DNA from: Octopus bimaculoides
Taxonomy: Eukaryota
Length of the DNA: 55,501 nucleotides
Reading direction: 5' to 3'
NCBI RefSeq assembly: GCF_001194135.2
Contig: NC_068984.1
Location: 70,875,013 to 70,930,513, forward strand
The notes below the pieces were generated by a model, which made no database searches, had not been told where the DNA came from, and saw only the letters and a list, made by a program, of their open reading frames with translations. Positions 12,163 through 24,867 of the stretch are shown here, in pieces. Both the position numbers and the translations under genes were made by a program. Numbering within the stretch: the stretch's first letter is position 1; each line of letters opens with the position of its first letter.

Positions 12163-12959
12163 TATATGCTGAAAATGATACTGCATGAAATATGTGAATA
12201 TACAACGATGTCAAGTTTATTAGGTGAGTAATAGATATGTGGTTCTCAAGCATTTTAAGCTTTATTCCCAAGGCCACTTCTTTAGTTCTTTATTACGTCT
12301 GGATAAGACTAATATCATTACCAAAATGCTGTCTTTTGAATAGAGTCTTTGCAATAATACATGCATTTATGCATATACTTATATACAAGCAGGCGTATAT
12401 AAATATATATATATATACATACATATACATGTGTGAGTACATATATATGCATACCTGCACACACAAACAATCACAACACAAATATTTATACGTTTCATTT
12501 TCTATCTAAAATTTCTAATTGCATAACAGGAAAAAAAATCAAACAACTTTTTTCTTTGTCTACGTCAGCAATATGTCAATATGCTTTCACACTCGGCATT
12601 CTATATTCTCTGTGATGTTTATAAACATTTAGGATATTAACTTTTGCTATAATGTGATTCAGAACCATTCCATATCGACACTTATATTCATCATACATTG
12701 ATTTAATATTTTTGTTAGTTTATTTATTTATTTATTTATTTCTTGGTTTACTTTTTAGTTTATCGTGCTGAAATGATCATTTGCACTTTGACTGTAACCA
12801 TCAGCTAAATCTAGTCTGCTACCATTTTTCATCAAATCAAATGAAAGTATCTAAATATAGAAATGAGCAAAGTGCTATTACAAAAATATCATTTGCTTCC
12901 TTTTCTCACTATCTGCTGTGATGCTTGCAAGATTTTTCTGGTTGTTTTATAATTTATAA

Positions 12960-13023
12960 GTTATATGTATGCATATGTATATACATATGTATATATATGT
13001 GTGTGTGCGTGTGTGTATGTGTG

Positions 13024-13057
<34 letters not shown>

Positions 13058-13212
13058 TGCACACATATATACATATATTAATATATATACAATCATGCGC
13101 GTGTATGAGAACATATATATACATTCATATGTGTATATGAGAATACACACACATACACACACACACACACATACACACACACAAACACACACACATACAC
13201 ATACACATATAT
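12960..13212. repeat. Compound TA/TG/CA microsatellites
   Basis: Direct reading. Confidence 0.92.
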
Positions 13213-13624
13213 TTGTCATGAAAAAGAAACAGTATTAGATTAAAATCACCGTCAGTGTTTCATACTTAATGCAAACATATCACGAAAAGGCAAATTAACA
13301 GCAGTATTCATTTGAAGATATAGATGTGATGCAGATTTTAAAATCACAAATATTTCAGTAGTTGGCTGAAATCGTCCAGTAATGGTGATGTGATTGCTAG
13401 GTGGATATGCATTTCTCTCTTGTTCGGTTTTGTCAGTGGCATATATTCAATGCCAACCACATGCTAATGCAAAATCAATCACTGCTGATATAACAAAACA
13501 GAAAACATGCTACTGGCAAAGTCCAATGAGGCTGAAATGCACATCTCGTATTTTCAGCGCAGCCGCTGGACGATTTCCATCGGCTTCTCTCATATTTTGT
13601 GCTTTCCAAACACAATATATCCAT

Positions 13625-15298
13625 GAGAGGTATTGGAGGGCGCACCTGACAGCATATGGAAGGAGTTTAGGGATAGTAAAAATCAGGAGGGCCATCTTCC
13701 AAAGGGACTGCCTGTCTCCAATGATCTTTGTACCGTGCTTGATACCACTAACACTGATTCCGAGGAAAGCAAAAGCTGGGTACGTTTTCAAAAGCCGCCA
13801 GCAATAAGTCAACCATTTGTTATACATGGATGACCTCAAACTTTATGGTAAAGATGAAGCCCAAGTCAGTTCCCTCGTCGATACGGTATATACTTTCAGT
13901 GCTGATATCAGAATGGCGTTCGGACTATCGATACCGTTGGGGGAGGTTATGAAGCAGATAGAAGAGACAAGCTATAAGTACTTGGGACTTTTGGAAATGG
14001 ATAAATTGATGGAGAAAGAAATGACAGAAAAATTTAAGGTGGCGTACTTGCACAGAGTGAGACTAATACTTAAGTCGGAATTAAGCAGACGGAATAAGAT
14101 TGAAGCTGTCAACACCCTGGCGGTTTCACTCCTTAGATATGGAGCAGGGGTAATCGCATGGACAGTAGACGAACTAAACAGCTTAGACAGAAAGACAAGG
14201 AAGTTGCTAACTAGAAATGGGACACTCCACCCAAAAGGTGACACAGACAGACTGTATGTACCAAGAAAAAGAGGGGGAAGAGGAATTAGTGGATGCGAAC
14301 ACAGCATTAGAGCAGGAGAAAACAACATAGCATGGTATGTAAAAAAATGCCATAAAACCGCTATTATTAGACGTAAGAAGGACAGGCTTGTGGAAGATGA
14401 AAGATTGCAAAGATTAAGTACTGTACAAGCAATTGAAAACGAATGAAACTGAAAAAAGATGGGTAAAGAAAAGAATGCATGGAAAATTTCATAGGGATGT
14501 TGAAGATAAGACAGACAGGGAAAAAAGATGGCTGTGGATGACTGAAAGTGATTTAAAACCGCAAACGGAGGCTCTAATCTGTGTTGCCCATGTGCAAGCA
14601 CTAAGAACAAACTACATAAAATACAGAATATACAACATATCAGAAAATGATAAGTGCAGAATCTGTGGACAAAATAGTAAAACTGTATGACATATTACCA
14701 GTGAATGTACGCCACTAACCCAGAAGGAATATAAGAGACGCCACGACAATATAGACAGGCTTGTCCATTGGGCACTTTGCAACATGTATGGACTTGACAG
14801 AGCAAAAAATTGGTACGACCACAAACCCGAAGGCATCATCCAAAATGATAATGCAACGATCCTATGGGATTTTATGATTCAGTGCGAAACCAGGCATAGT
14901 GTTAATTGAAAAAGAAAGCAAACTATGCTAGATCATAAATATAGCATGCCCAGCTGACAACAAGGTATGCGATAAAGAAGAAAGAAAAGTCGATAGATAG
15001 GACAGGTTAGCTTGGGAGGTTAAGCAGTTGTGGTCGATGAAAAAGGCGGTCGTAGTACCGATAATTGTCGGAGTCCTGGAAACAGTGAGCAAAAATCTTA
15101 AGAAGTACTTGGAGCAAATAGGGGCTGCAATCAGGATGGATCACTTGCGGAAAACAGCACTACTTGGAACCGCTCGAATATTCCGGAAGGTGCTCGAAAA
15201 ATAAGAGGTGTTACCTTACTTCACTGGTAGTGAAAACAGCTGACACCGTAGTACTTCTCCAGCGTTAGAAGCTGTGCAAAGCCAATAATAATAGTAAT
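13625..15298 (+). mobile_element. 5'-truncated R4/Dong-clade non-LTR retrotransposon (RT, CCHC, RLE), disrupted
   Basis: RT motifs IRRAIFQRDCLSP and HLLYMDDLKLY; zinc knuckle CRICG..*HITSEC (~14655-14708); RLE PGIVLIEK..IINIACPAD; end GTARIFRKVLEK* at 15204; UTR ends in AATAATAAT. Confidence 0.93.
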
Positions 15299-15299
15299 T

Positions 15300-15442
15300 T
15301 TGGGGTGATGGGGGACAAACTCAGACGTAAAGACACACGCAGCATCTTTCAGTTTTCATCTACCAAATCCACTCGCAAGGTTTTGGTCAGCTCGAGACTA
15401 TAGTAGAAGACACTAGCCCCAGATGCCATGCAGTGGGACCCA
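15300..15442 (-). mobile_element. tRNA-SINE fragment
   Basis: Revcomp of the SINE 5' half (CTACCAAATCCACTC..CTATAGTAGAAGACAC). Confidence 0.8.
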
Positions 15443-15583
15443 TAACTTATTACTGGTTGAAATATGCTTCAGGCATATTGGAACCCATAAGAAATCACGG
15501 CATTCTTCATAATTCCGGGAACGGCTTTCTTATAGGTTCGTATATAGTTCAAGCATATTTAAAATGGTAATAAGCTTATATAT

Positions 15584-17545
15584 CATTTACACACTACCAT
15601 GTGTGAATAATATTTTTTAAATCAAAACTTACTCACTCATGACTACGTCTAGGCTTTGTCACTAACTCAGTTTTAAATCAAATTAGATAACGTTTACAGT
15701 TTTGCATTGATCACATCCTATGTCACATTTTCAGCTACAAAATTTTGAAAAATGCTTCGATAGAAAAAAAGTTCAAGTAAAATATGTGAGGTCAAAAAGA
15801 GGAAAGTAACGCCTGAAATCGACTTTGAGTCAAAATTTTTTTTCAAGAATTCTATATTTTACTTTAGTTTATATGATAGATCTCGGCGAGAGGAATCTAT
15901 CCATGTTACTTATATACAAAACAAATCACTAGAAAAAAAAGTACTATAGTGAAAACCGGCGAAGACAAAAGGAGATAAAAGCCTGAAATCGACTTTGATT
16001 CCAAATATTATTCTTATTCCTAAAGAAAACTATATTTAAATTCAACTTTTCTGATAGATCTCCACTAGAGGAATCCGATGATATGAATTATATCCAAAAA
16101 AGTGGGGTCAAATGTACCGAAAAAAGTGGTAAAGCCTAAAATCAAATTAAAAACCGAAATTTTTCTTTTCACCCATATCATAGAACTCATCAAAACGAGT
16201 GTCGTGGCGGTAATCTTTTGAAAAACTTCATTCACACACTACTGTGTGTGAATAATATTATTAAGGTCAGCATTTACTCCCTCACGACCACTTCTAGGCT
16301 TTGTCACTAACTCAGTTTTTAACCAAAGTAGATTATATTTACAGTTTTAGATTGGTCACATCATAAGCTAGATTTCGAGCTAAAAAAATTTGAAAATTGG
16401 TTCAAGAGAAAAAGGTTTCCGTCGAATATGAAGTCTCATACGAGAGAATAACTCCTGAAATCGACTTTGAGTCCAAATTGTTTCTTTTTTAAATAAATCT
16501 ATATTTATTTTAGTTTATATGATAGATCTTGACGACTGGAATCTGTTCATGTTAGTTATATATAAAAATATTCAGTAGAAAAAAGTACTAAGGTAAAACC
16601 CGGTGAGAAAAAGAAAAGGAGATTAACGCCTGAAATCGACTTTCACTCCAAATATAATTCTTATTTCAAAAGAAAACTATATTTAAATTAAAATTTTCTG
16701 ATAGATCGCGACTACAGGAATCCCATGATGCTAATTATATATTTTAAAAAGTTTAAACAAAAAAATACTGGGGCCAAATGTGCCGAAAACAGTGATAACG
16801 CCTAGAAGGAAATTCAAGACCTAAACATTTTGTTTTTATGTAAAAAAAATTTGTTTTCGTTTAGTACATATGATAGAACTCATCGAGACGAGTGTCGTGG
16901 TTCTAATCTTTTCAAAAAATATTCAAAAGGAAAAATGTTATTATATAAGCTAAATGTGCCAAAAGTACGTTAAACAATTTTCAAGTAATATTATTACTTA
17001 TAGTAGTACCAAGACGACGAGCTGGTAGAGTCGTTAACTCGCAGGCTGAAGGCTTCGCGGTATTTTGTCTTCCTCTACATTCTGAATTCAAATTCCGCCC
17101 AGGTCGTCTTTACCTTTTATATTTTCGGTACTCGATGAGTATCAGCTGAGCACTGAGGTTGATGTAATCAACTTCCATCCGCTCCCTCCGGATATGATGG
17201 CTTTCTGCCAAAATTGGAAACCAATATTCCAAAATGCTTGATTCAATTGCAAAGATGTATCTCATATTCATAGAATACACTATACTGTAATAAATATTCA
17301 TCGCACACGGCAGTGTGTGAATAATGTTATTGAGGTCAACATTTACGCACTTGCGACCACTTCTACGCCTTGTCACTAATTCAGTTTTTTCCCAAATTTG
17401 ATGATGTTTATACATTTTTAGATTGGCCGCCTCCTAAGCTACATTTCAGTTACAAAATTTGAAATTTGGTTCAGTACAAATAATTTGGGATTTCAAATAT
17501 GTGAGGTCGAAAAACGAGAGAATAACGCCTGAAATCGATTTCAGG
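15584..17545. repeat. Tandem ~645-690 bp units built from ~170-bp subrepeats; third unit partial and separated by a SINE
   Basis: GTGTGAATAAT at 15601, 16246 and ~17316; CCTGAAATCGA at ~15811, 15982, 16455, 16629 and 17528; GATAGATC/GATAGAAC motifs recur at the same spacing. Confidence 0.85.
17013..17230 (+). mobile_element. Second SINE family (TTCAAATTCCGCC type)
   Basis: GAGCTGGTAGAGTCGTTA...TTCTGAATTCAAATTCCGCC..GAGCACTGAGGTTGATGTAATC; homologous to 42732-42950 and 43692-43870. Confidence 0.75.
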
Positions 17546-19384
17546 GATATACACGCAACGCTGCATACATACTTTCGTAAATAAACACACACACACAATG
17601 CATGCACGCACACATACATGTACATACCCATAAGTAACTTTTAAAACTCCAATGAAGGGAAACAAAGGTGAGTGTGACGAATACGTAGCTTAAAAGGGAG
17701 AGGGTAAGTTGACTACAATTGGTGACAAGTGGACTCTTTTCTGCTGTCCATCACAAATAAACACACTCACACACACACATACATACATACTCATTGCAGA
17801 AAGATGTTACTGAGGTTTAAATTTTAATCATTTTCACTTAATCAGAAAACAAGATTCAGAAGCTGGAATTTTCGGCATGAAAGTTGTCTGTCACAAAATG
17901 AAAGCGAAATCATTATACGAGGAGGAATTTTTTTATTAAATAAACGAAAGCAAAGCCGTACGACATCCAAAGTTGTAAGAACTTGCGAAGTTTTAATAAG
18001 ATTTTTGTCAGCTTTCAAACGTTAATTCAGTATTAAGAGTAGCAAAATTTAAATTATTATTTCTTAGGGTAAATTGACAAGATTTGTGCTTTCCGATACT
18101 ATGATTAGATTTCTAGAGTAACAGGATTCAGAATTCTTATTTTCAGGCAAGTTGACAAGAACAGTAGCTAAATTGCAGGCTTTATTTTTAATTTGCATGC
18201 ATTCCGACTAATAAACTAACTTTGCCCTAACAAGAGCAAGTTGCTCTTCCTGTCTTACAGTGAATGCATTGGCTATATTTGTATTTCTTAGAAATAAGTG
18301 GATTACATTTTATTTATAGAAATTGCAGTTTTAAACTGGTTTACGAAAAATTGGATTATAATATGGAATTTTAGCATGTATATGAAAACTCCATTAAAAA
18401 AAAATTTATTCCTCAAAATTTAATGACGCAATATTGTTATTGATTCTTTCAATGGGCAGATCTGAAAGTTTCTAGTAATACTGTTCAGAAAAGGCAAAAA
18501 GGCAGGTTTCTCCTCGTTCTTTATGGTGAATGCATTGGCTATTTTTGCATTTTTAAAATTATTTTTATATTAGCCAATGCAATGAAACCCTGTCCAGATA
18601 ACTTTTTGTTATTTTTAGAATTTAAGAAAAAATATGTGGAAATTTAAAAAAACATAGCATAAAATTATTATTTAAATTCAATCATCAACAATGAAAAATA
18701 ATTCAAATACTTTTTTAACAAAAGAATACTTATCAGTTTTATAGTATTGCCTGGAAAAAATGTGGATTACAATGAAATTTAAAGAAAAAAAAACATTTTA
18801 AAAATCATGTCTTTTGAAATACACAATTAAATTAGTACAAACAACAAAATATGAGATTGTAAAAAATATTGCACAAGATGTTTTTTTAACAAGAATTGAA
18901 ATCCCATTACACAAAAAAGTAGAATGATAATTAAATGGTTTCAAGTCAACCATATACACAGTCAATTCTTCCACATAAAAAAAAAATAATCTGACAAATA
19001 AATCATAAGTAAAATTTATTAGTTAACATTAATACAGTAGAATTAACCTTATTCGTCCATGGCATAATCATTAATTCACCTAATTTGTCATTTCCAATTT
19101 TCTCCATGAGATGACTAATTAGGTAAATTCTACTGCATTTTTCAAAATTAATTAATTTATTTCATTTTTAAAATTCTGCTTTTTTCAAAAATAAGCCCAT
19201 GGGCTTAAGTAAAGACTTAAATAGGTTTGCGTAAATATTTTTTCTGAAAATAATAAAAATTACTGGGACTATAGATGAAAAGAGGGAATGTAAGCCCATA
19301 AGCTTAAAATTAGACAGGCTTATTTTTGGAAAAAACCAGTAATGTTTTCATAAATTTTTCATTTTAATAAAATATAGTAAATGT

Positions 19385-20061
19385 TAAAAATGCCGACAAG
19401 GCTCTTGGCAGTGCTTCGTTCAAGTCAGTCTATAGGAAAGCTACGTCCAAGGCACAGCAGCTGTGGAATCTGCAGAGTGCAACACGGTGGCGGCAGACAA
19501 CATTCTGGATGCGTTGAAGAAGAGGCTGGTGGTCCCCAATAGTACCAGATGGAACTCTACCTATGGCTCTGTTGTTGTCCTCAACAACCTGCTGGAGAAG
19601 AATAGGGGAGCTGTCCACATGGTGATGACACAGCTGAAGCTGAAGACCTTCACAGAGTACGTCCAGGTGATGTCTGATGTTGCCAAGGCCTTAGATAAAA
19701 TCCAGTGAGAGGATCAAGCCTATCTCGGGAGCCTTCTGCCAACTGCAGAGACCACCGTCATGAAGTTGAAGGAGGCTAAGTTCAAACATCTCCTGTACTG
19801 CAGGCCTCTGGTAGACAAGATAATGGCAGGCATCACGAAAAGGTTTGGGCTTCTAGAAGACCTGGAGTGTCAGCTGGCCGCTACCTTCCACTTCGAGTTT
19901 CGCCTGTTCTGGCTGGGGCTGTATAGTAACAGCCAGATTAGCAGAATAACGAATGCCATGGAGACCGTCATAGAGATAGCCCTAATGGAGACCAATGAGG
20001 ATGGCAGCAGCACCACTAGTAACGAGGATGAGGAAGATGATTTCTTCAGCAAGATGATTTC
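19385..20061 (+). pseudogene. hAT (ZBED-like) transposase fragment with frameshifts and stops
   Basis: VVPNSTRWNSTY motif; QLWN upstream; EYVQVM..VAKALDKIQ, GITKRF and QLAATFH downstream. AAGCCC/GGGCTT-rich AT-rich region at 19190-19330 may be subterminal. Confidence 0.88.
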
Positions 20062-20459
20062 TTCCCTTATTGGGATTGTCACATTAAGTTGACAATATAC
20101 TACAACTTTGTCGCTCCACTACTGCTTAAATCTCTCTGAGAGATTTAGAAATATTATATTTCTAATTTTGCTGATCAGTGAATAAACTTCACTATGATTT
20201 ACATATGTTTGTGAAGGAGAAACAGGCCTCACTATCTAGCTGGTAAGCTACTTCAGGCTGATGACGAGCAAAGACTCAGAAACATGTCCCTGAATGCTGG
20301 CTAGGCTGGGTGGGGGAGCTTGTCTCCCCTTCACAAACTTAAGGACACAGTAATTGTGTCAAGGCTGACAGGAAGCAGTCCAGCTTCCTAGGGCTAAACA
20401 GCAGTAGTGTATTCCCTTATTGGGATTATCACATTAAGTTGACAATATACTACAACTTT
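20062..20459 (+). mobile_element. 350-nt terminally redundant HHR element (retrozyme/Penelope-pLTR-like)
   Basis: 48-bp direct repeat 20062-20109/20412-20459 with one mismatch; central HHR. Confidence 0.82.
20236..20304 (+). ncRNA. Minimal type I hammerhead ribozyme
   Basis: TTCAGG-CTGATGA-c GAG caaaga CTC a-GAAA-CAT GTC^CCTGAA; palindromic ACATGT stem III; stem I extends via AGC/GCT and CTAGC/GCTAG. Confidence 0.85.
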
Positions 20460-20663
20460 ATATATATATATATATATATAAATCAGGAGCTAGACAGAGA
20501 AATTTGAGATTAGGATGAAGGTAAAACTGAAAGGAAAACTAAAGGAAATGCTAAGTGATTATAAAATTCAGTGTTGCTACTATAAAATATAAAATAATGT
20601 ATATGCTTGTATATATGTGTATGTATATGTATGCATACATATGTATATGAGTGTGTGTGTGTT

Positions 20664-21660
20664 CAGGGTATTTGGGATAAACTAGACACTTTTGAGAAAA
20701 GGGAAATCAAACACAATATCCCATCCAAAAACAAAAGTATTTTAAAAAGCCAAGAGATGTCAACTAGGTTAAGGCTAGAAGATAAGAACTTACTCAAAGT
20801 AACCCACTCTCAGCTTCCACTAAGATGGTTCTAGAACCTGGTGCATGCATTCTTCATTATGCTCTTGAAATATCTTTGAACTTGGCCACCAGCTCAGCCT
20901 TATTGTTTCAAGCAGATAGGTTGGTGTCTTTTTCAACCATGTGCCACACATAATCCTTGATATGACAATCGTGGGTATCAAGGGTCCAGAAATTGGGGGT
21001 TAGTGAAGCTGTAAAAACTTTTGGACAAAACTTCTGTATTTTTTGGCATAGCAAGGAGCTGAATCCTGCAGCCACACATATGGCCTTCAATCTGCAACCC
21101 TCTCCAACTAGGGTTATACCAGTCTCCAGAAGATTCCTAAGGCCCTGTTCAAAGTTGTGGGGCAGTGTTGCATCATCCTCACTGGAAACACGTCCAAAGA
21201 TCATCACAATTTGTGGGAACTTGGTTTTGATGGTACATGGGACATTACATGATTTGTAAGTAAGCTACCTTGTTATTCTGGGTGTTGTACTACTGGTTCT
21301 GGCAGATGTTCTTTTCATCTGAAAAGACCCAAGTCATCCCTGGCTCAACAGCATGCCTTAGCTTGTTTAGAAGCTTTTTTGCTTTAGTCAAATGGTTCTC
21401 CTTGGCTGTCAGAATTTGTCCCTTGCGCCTTTAGTATGAATGGTAATGGAAGTCCTTATTCAGAATCAGCTTCGTGATGGCAACTCTAATACTCATCTCA
21501 GTTACCAAACCTGGATTCCCTTACTTGGACCTTTCATCATCTTGTCCTGCAGTTGTTATGTAAATTCTGGCATGTAGATGCACTCAGAACACTTGCTGTG
21601 TCTCTTCCTACAGGCTGTTACTTCATAGTCTCCTTTTTTACCATGGCTACAATTTTGAAG
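20664..21660 (-). mobile_element. Decayed maT (DD37D-type Tc1/mariner) transposon
   Basis: WVFSDEKN, KTKFPQIVMIFGRVSSE and DYVWHMVEKDTN motifs on minus; putative terminal repeat CAGGGTATTTGGGATAAAC at 20664. Confidence 0.8.
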
Positions 21661-22377
21661 CACGTTTCTCCTCTACTAATTATACCATCTTGATAACAGT
21701 AGCTATCAACTACACGTAAGGAATCTTTGAGAATTTGAAAGAAATTATTTCACAGGTAACCCTATTGCTACATACATCTCTTCATCTGTTACCCATGAAT
21801 TCATTCTCTATTCACTGCCTGATTGTAAGTCCATTGTACATAATCTATGCATTGTTATTTACAGAGCTTTTCTTCCAGTGTTTTATAACTTATTTCTCTT
21901 TAAACCAATTCAATAGATTTCCAGTTAAATGCAATGGAAATTTTGATTCTGTGAAGTCTTCATACAGGATAAAGTAAAAGTGACAGCAGATGCATGTCAG
22001 TGGATGTTTTGTCTGAGGATAGAGTAGAGCAAGCTTGTGATTTTAGAAGAGAATTGCCCTTCAAAGTGAAGTAGTTGATAGGGTTCTCAAAAGAACTGAA
22101 AACCATGTTGTTGTAAACCAAATTTCTTAACCATGCATGCTTGCACCTGTCGGCATAAAATATTAGAAATACAAATACCAACAAGAAAAAAGTAATCTTT
22201 AAAAAATAAAATAAAACAAAATGAACTCTACTAAATATAAATGTTAGTGGCAAGTTGAGAGAAAGCAACTATGTAGTGTTTTGTTGACTCCAACAACTGT
22301 CACTATTTATGATATAGCATGAAACACATGAAGTATATAATCTAATTCAAATATAAACTCAATTCTTTATGTGTTTT

Positions 22378-22391
22378 ATTATTATTGTTTA

Positions 22392-22433
<42 letters not shown>

Positions 22434-22435
22434 CA

Positions 22436-22466
<31 letters not shown>

Positions 22467-22470
22467 CATC
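22378..22470. repeat. (ATT)n microsatellite
   Basis: Direct reading. Confidence 0.97.
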
Positions 22471-23789
22471 TTTTCCTGTTTTGTTTTACTATTATTTCCA
22501 CATATTCTGACACTTAGTTATCTAGATAAGTGTTGTGTATGGCTTATTTCAAATTAAATTTATATATGTTAGTTTATTAGTTATCTTTAAAAATTTATTA
22601 TCGTTGTGTTATTCTCTCTTTATAGAAAAAATATAGCAGCAACAAACATATTAACCAACAACCAACCAATGAAAATACAGAAAAAAGAAATATATGTAAG
22701 TGTGTGTTTACACACACACACGCATGCGCGCGCACGCACACACACACACACGTGTATGTATATATGTATATATAAGTACAATTCCTTAGCTTCCACAATT
22801 TCAATTTACGATTTCATTATTCTCAAGTGTAAATCATAGATATATGTGCATATAAATCTCACAGATCTGACATTATTTTATATTTTATAGTAGCAACACT
22901 GAATTTTATAATCACTTAGCATTTCCTTTAGTTTTCCTTTCAGTTTTACCTTCATCCTAATCTCAAATTTCTCTGTCTAGCTCCTGATTTAAAGTGTTTA
23001 TGGAAATGTTTGCAAAAGTTACACTACTTTAAGTTTTCAACAAAAATATTGCAAATCAGCTTTGACAATTCAGAATCATTATGCAAAGGTTTATAATAAA
23101 TAAATAAAAACATATAACATCACCCACCAAAAAATGCAAAATCTGTTGATTTATTAAAATATGGTGATGATTTAAAAGAAAGGTAATATATTCAACAAAA
23201 GTTAAACAACCAAATTCACAAGTAATTCCCATTTTCATTCTTAATAACATGCTATGGAAATGAACGGATAACAATAAACAATAACACTCATAGGACAAAT
23301 GCTACTTTTTGATGTAAGTTTTGTCTGAAACACTCACATATTTTGTAACAAGTAAAAAAAGTTTTCATCTGACGTTAATTAATTAATTCTTATCTGAGCC
23401 TAAATTAGTGTTAAACAAAAATAAATGAAGCAACACATTGGAATGTAATAATTTAATTGATTGAAACCATATTTGTTGTAAAAGATATTTATGAATTACA
23501 AGGCCTTTAAAAATATTTTTCTTTTATCCTTTGTTCAGCTAAATATTTTCATGTTGATATGAAAGGGTTTTGAGTTAACACAAAATTTGTTAAATGTCTA
23601 AAACAATGATACTTCATACAGTCTATGACTCTGATAGTAGGCAATTTCCTGCTTTATGTGCAAATGCAGAAAGATGTTTTTTTTTTTTATTTTCTTCTTA
23701 ATTCTAACACTCAAATAATAGTTTAATCTATTTAAAACTAAAAAGCAACAAGGTTTGATATAAACAGCAAAGACTTGATTATTTTTTGT

Positions 23790-24290
23790 ATATGGAGCTA
23801 ATACCTTTGTAGGTTGCAAAGGGAATTTAGCCCACTTGAAGAGAATTATATATGAGGATTTTGTCTGAAGTGCAATGCTGCATGACAGATAGACATAGGA
23901 ACTGGATGTACAGTGGGTATGATGGTTGAAAAGAAATGAAGCAAGCATGCTGCACTGAGTATGTAATATTAGGGTGAATGAGTCAAAGAGAATAAATATG
24001 GCATTAGAAGGTTGAGTGTAGGTGGAGTCAGATACAGTGTGCAAGAGAGAAGACTGCATTGGCATGGACATGAAATGCCTATGGAGTATGACAGTTTGAT
24101 AAAGCAGTGCTAAACAGTCTAAGTGGAAGCAACCTGTAGAAGATGCATTCAAAGGAAGTTATATTTGAAAGAAATGATGATACATAATTTCAAGAGGTTG
24201 GATCCTATGAAGGAGGGGACAAAGGAACAGAAGGGGTGAGACAATATACTGAAAAAGCCTGTCCAATACTTGGATGTATGGAAAACAAAC
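23790..24290 (+). mobile_element. RTE LINE ORF C-terminal relic
   Basis: ..VQERRLHWHGHEM.. and RNEASML motifs with stops. Confidence 0.7.
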
Positions 24291-24291
24291 A

Positions 24292-24293
24292 TC

Positions 24294-24332
<39 letters not shown>

Positions 24333-24460
24333 CCCCCCCCACACAGACACAGACACACACACACACAGACACACACATACGCACGCACACGCACGCACGC
24401 AAACACACACACATACATACAAATATGAATATATACGCACACATACACGCATATACAACA
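24292..24460. repeat. Compound (CA)n microsatellite
   Basis: Direct reading. Confidence 0.95.
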
Positions 24461-24867
24461 AAAGTTGCTAAACATACTCTGCTATATTTAACACATTGCA
24501 TCTTAAACACACGGTATGTAGACAACTATAATCTCAGAATAAATTGCAATGAATATTAATGCCACATTTCAAATGCATATTGTGATGGTGGCAATGTCCT
24601 CCAAACAACTGTCATAATGAATTCACAGAACTTTTTGAATATAATATGATACCACATGTTTGTTTTTTCTACTTCTTTTGTGTTACATTCTTGTTCTCAT
24701 TCATCTGGATTATTGCTACACTCTTTGGTAATCATCTCATAGTTTCATTTCTGAATTGCCAGTTGTACACACAAAAGTTTATACTTCTGCAGTAGCTGAA
24801 CTTCTGGAAAAAAATTAATGGCATGATAGCTTTTCTACCTAGAGAGAAGGGTTATATACATATATAT

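Larger units (their letters stand above)
20479..22991. repeat. Perfect 122-bp inverted repeat (20479-20600 / 22870-22991)
   Basis: Base-by-base reverse complement with no mismatch found. Confidence 0.92.

Noticed and set aside
13368-13625. GAAATCGTCCAG present on both strands; possible 5' inversion of the R4 element or HHR
   Set aside because: No CUGANGA core and the homology is too short to support an inversion.
15584-16925. CRISPR-like array
   Set aside because: Eukaryotic context; whole units are homologous with no unique spacers.
22945-23090. Open plus frame after a polypyrimidine tract (FYLHPNLKF...)
   Set aside because: Weak donor, no homology recognised; overlaps the inverted repeat.
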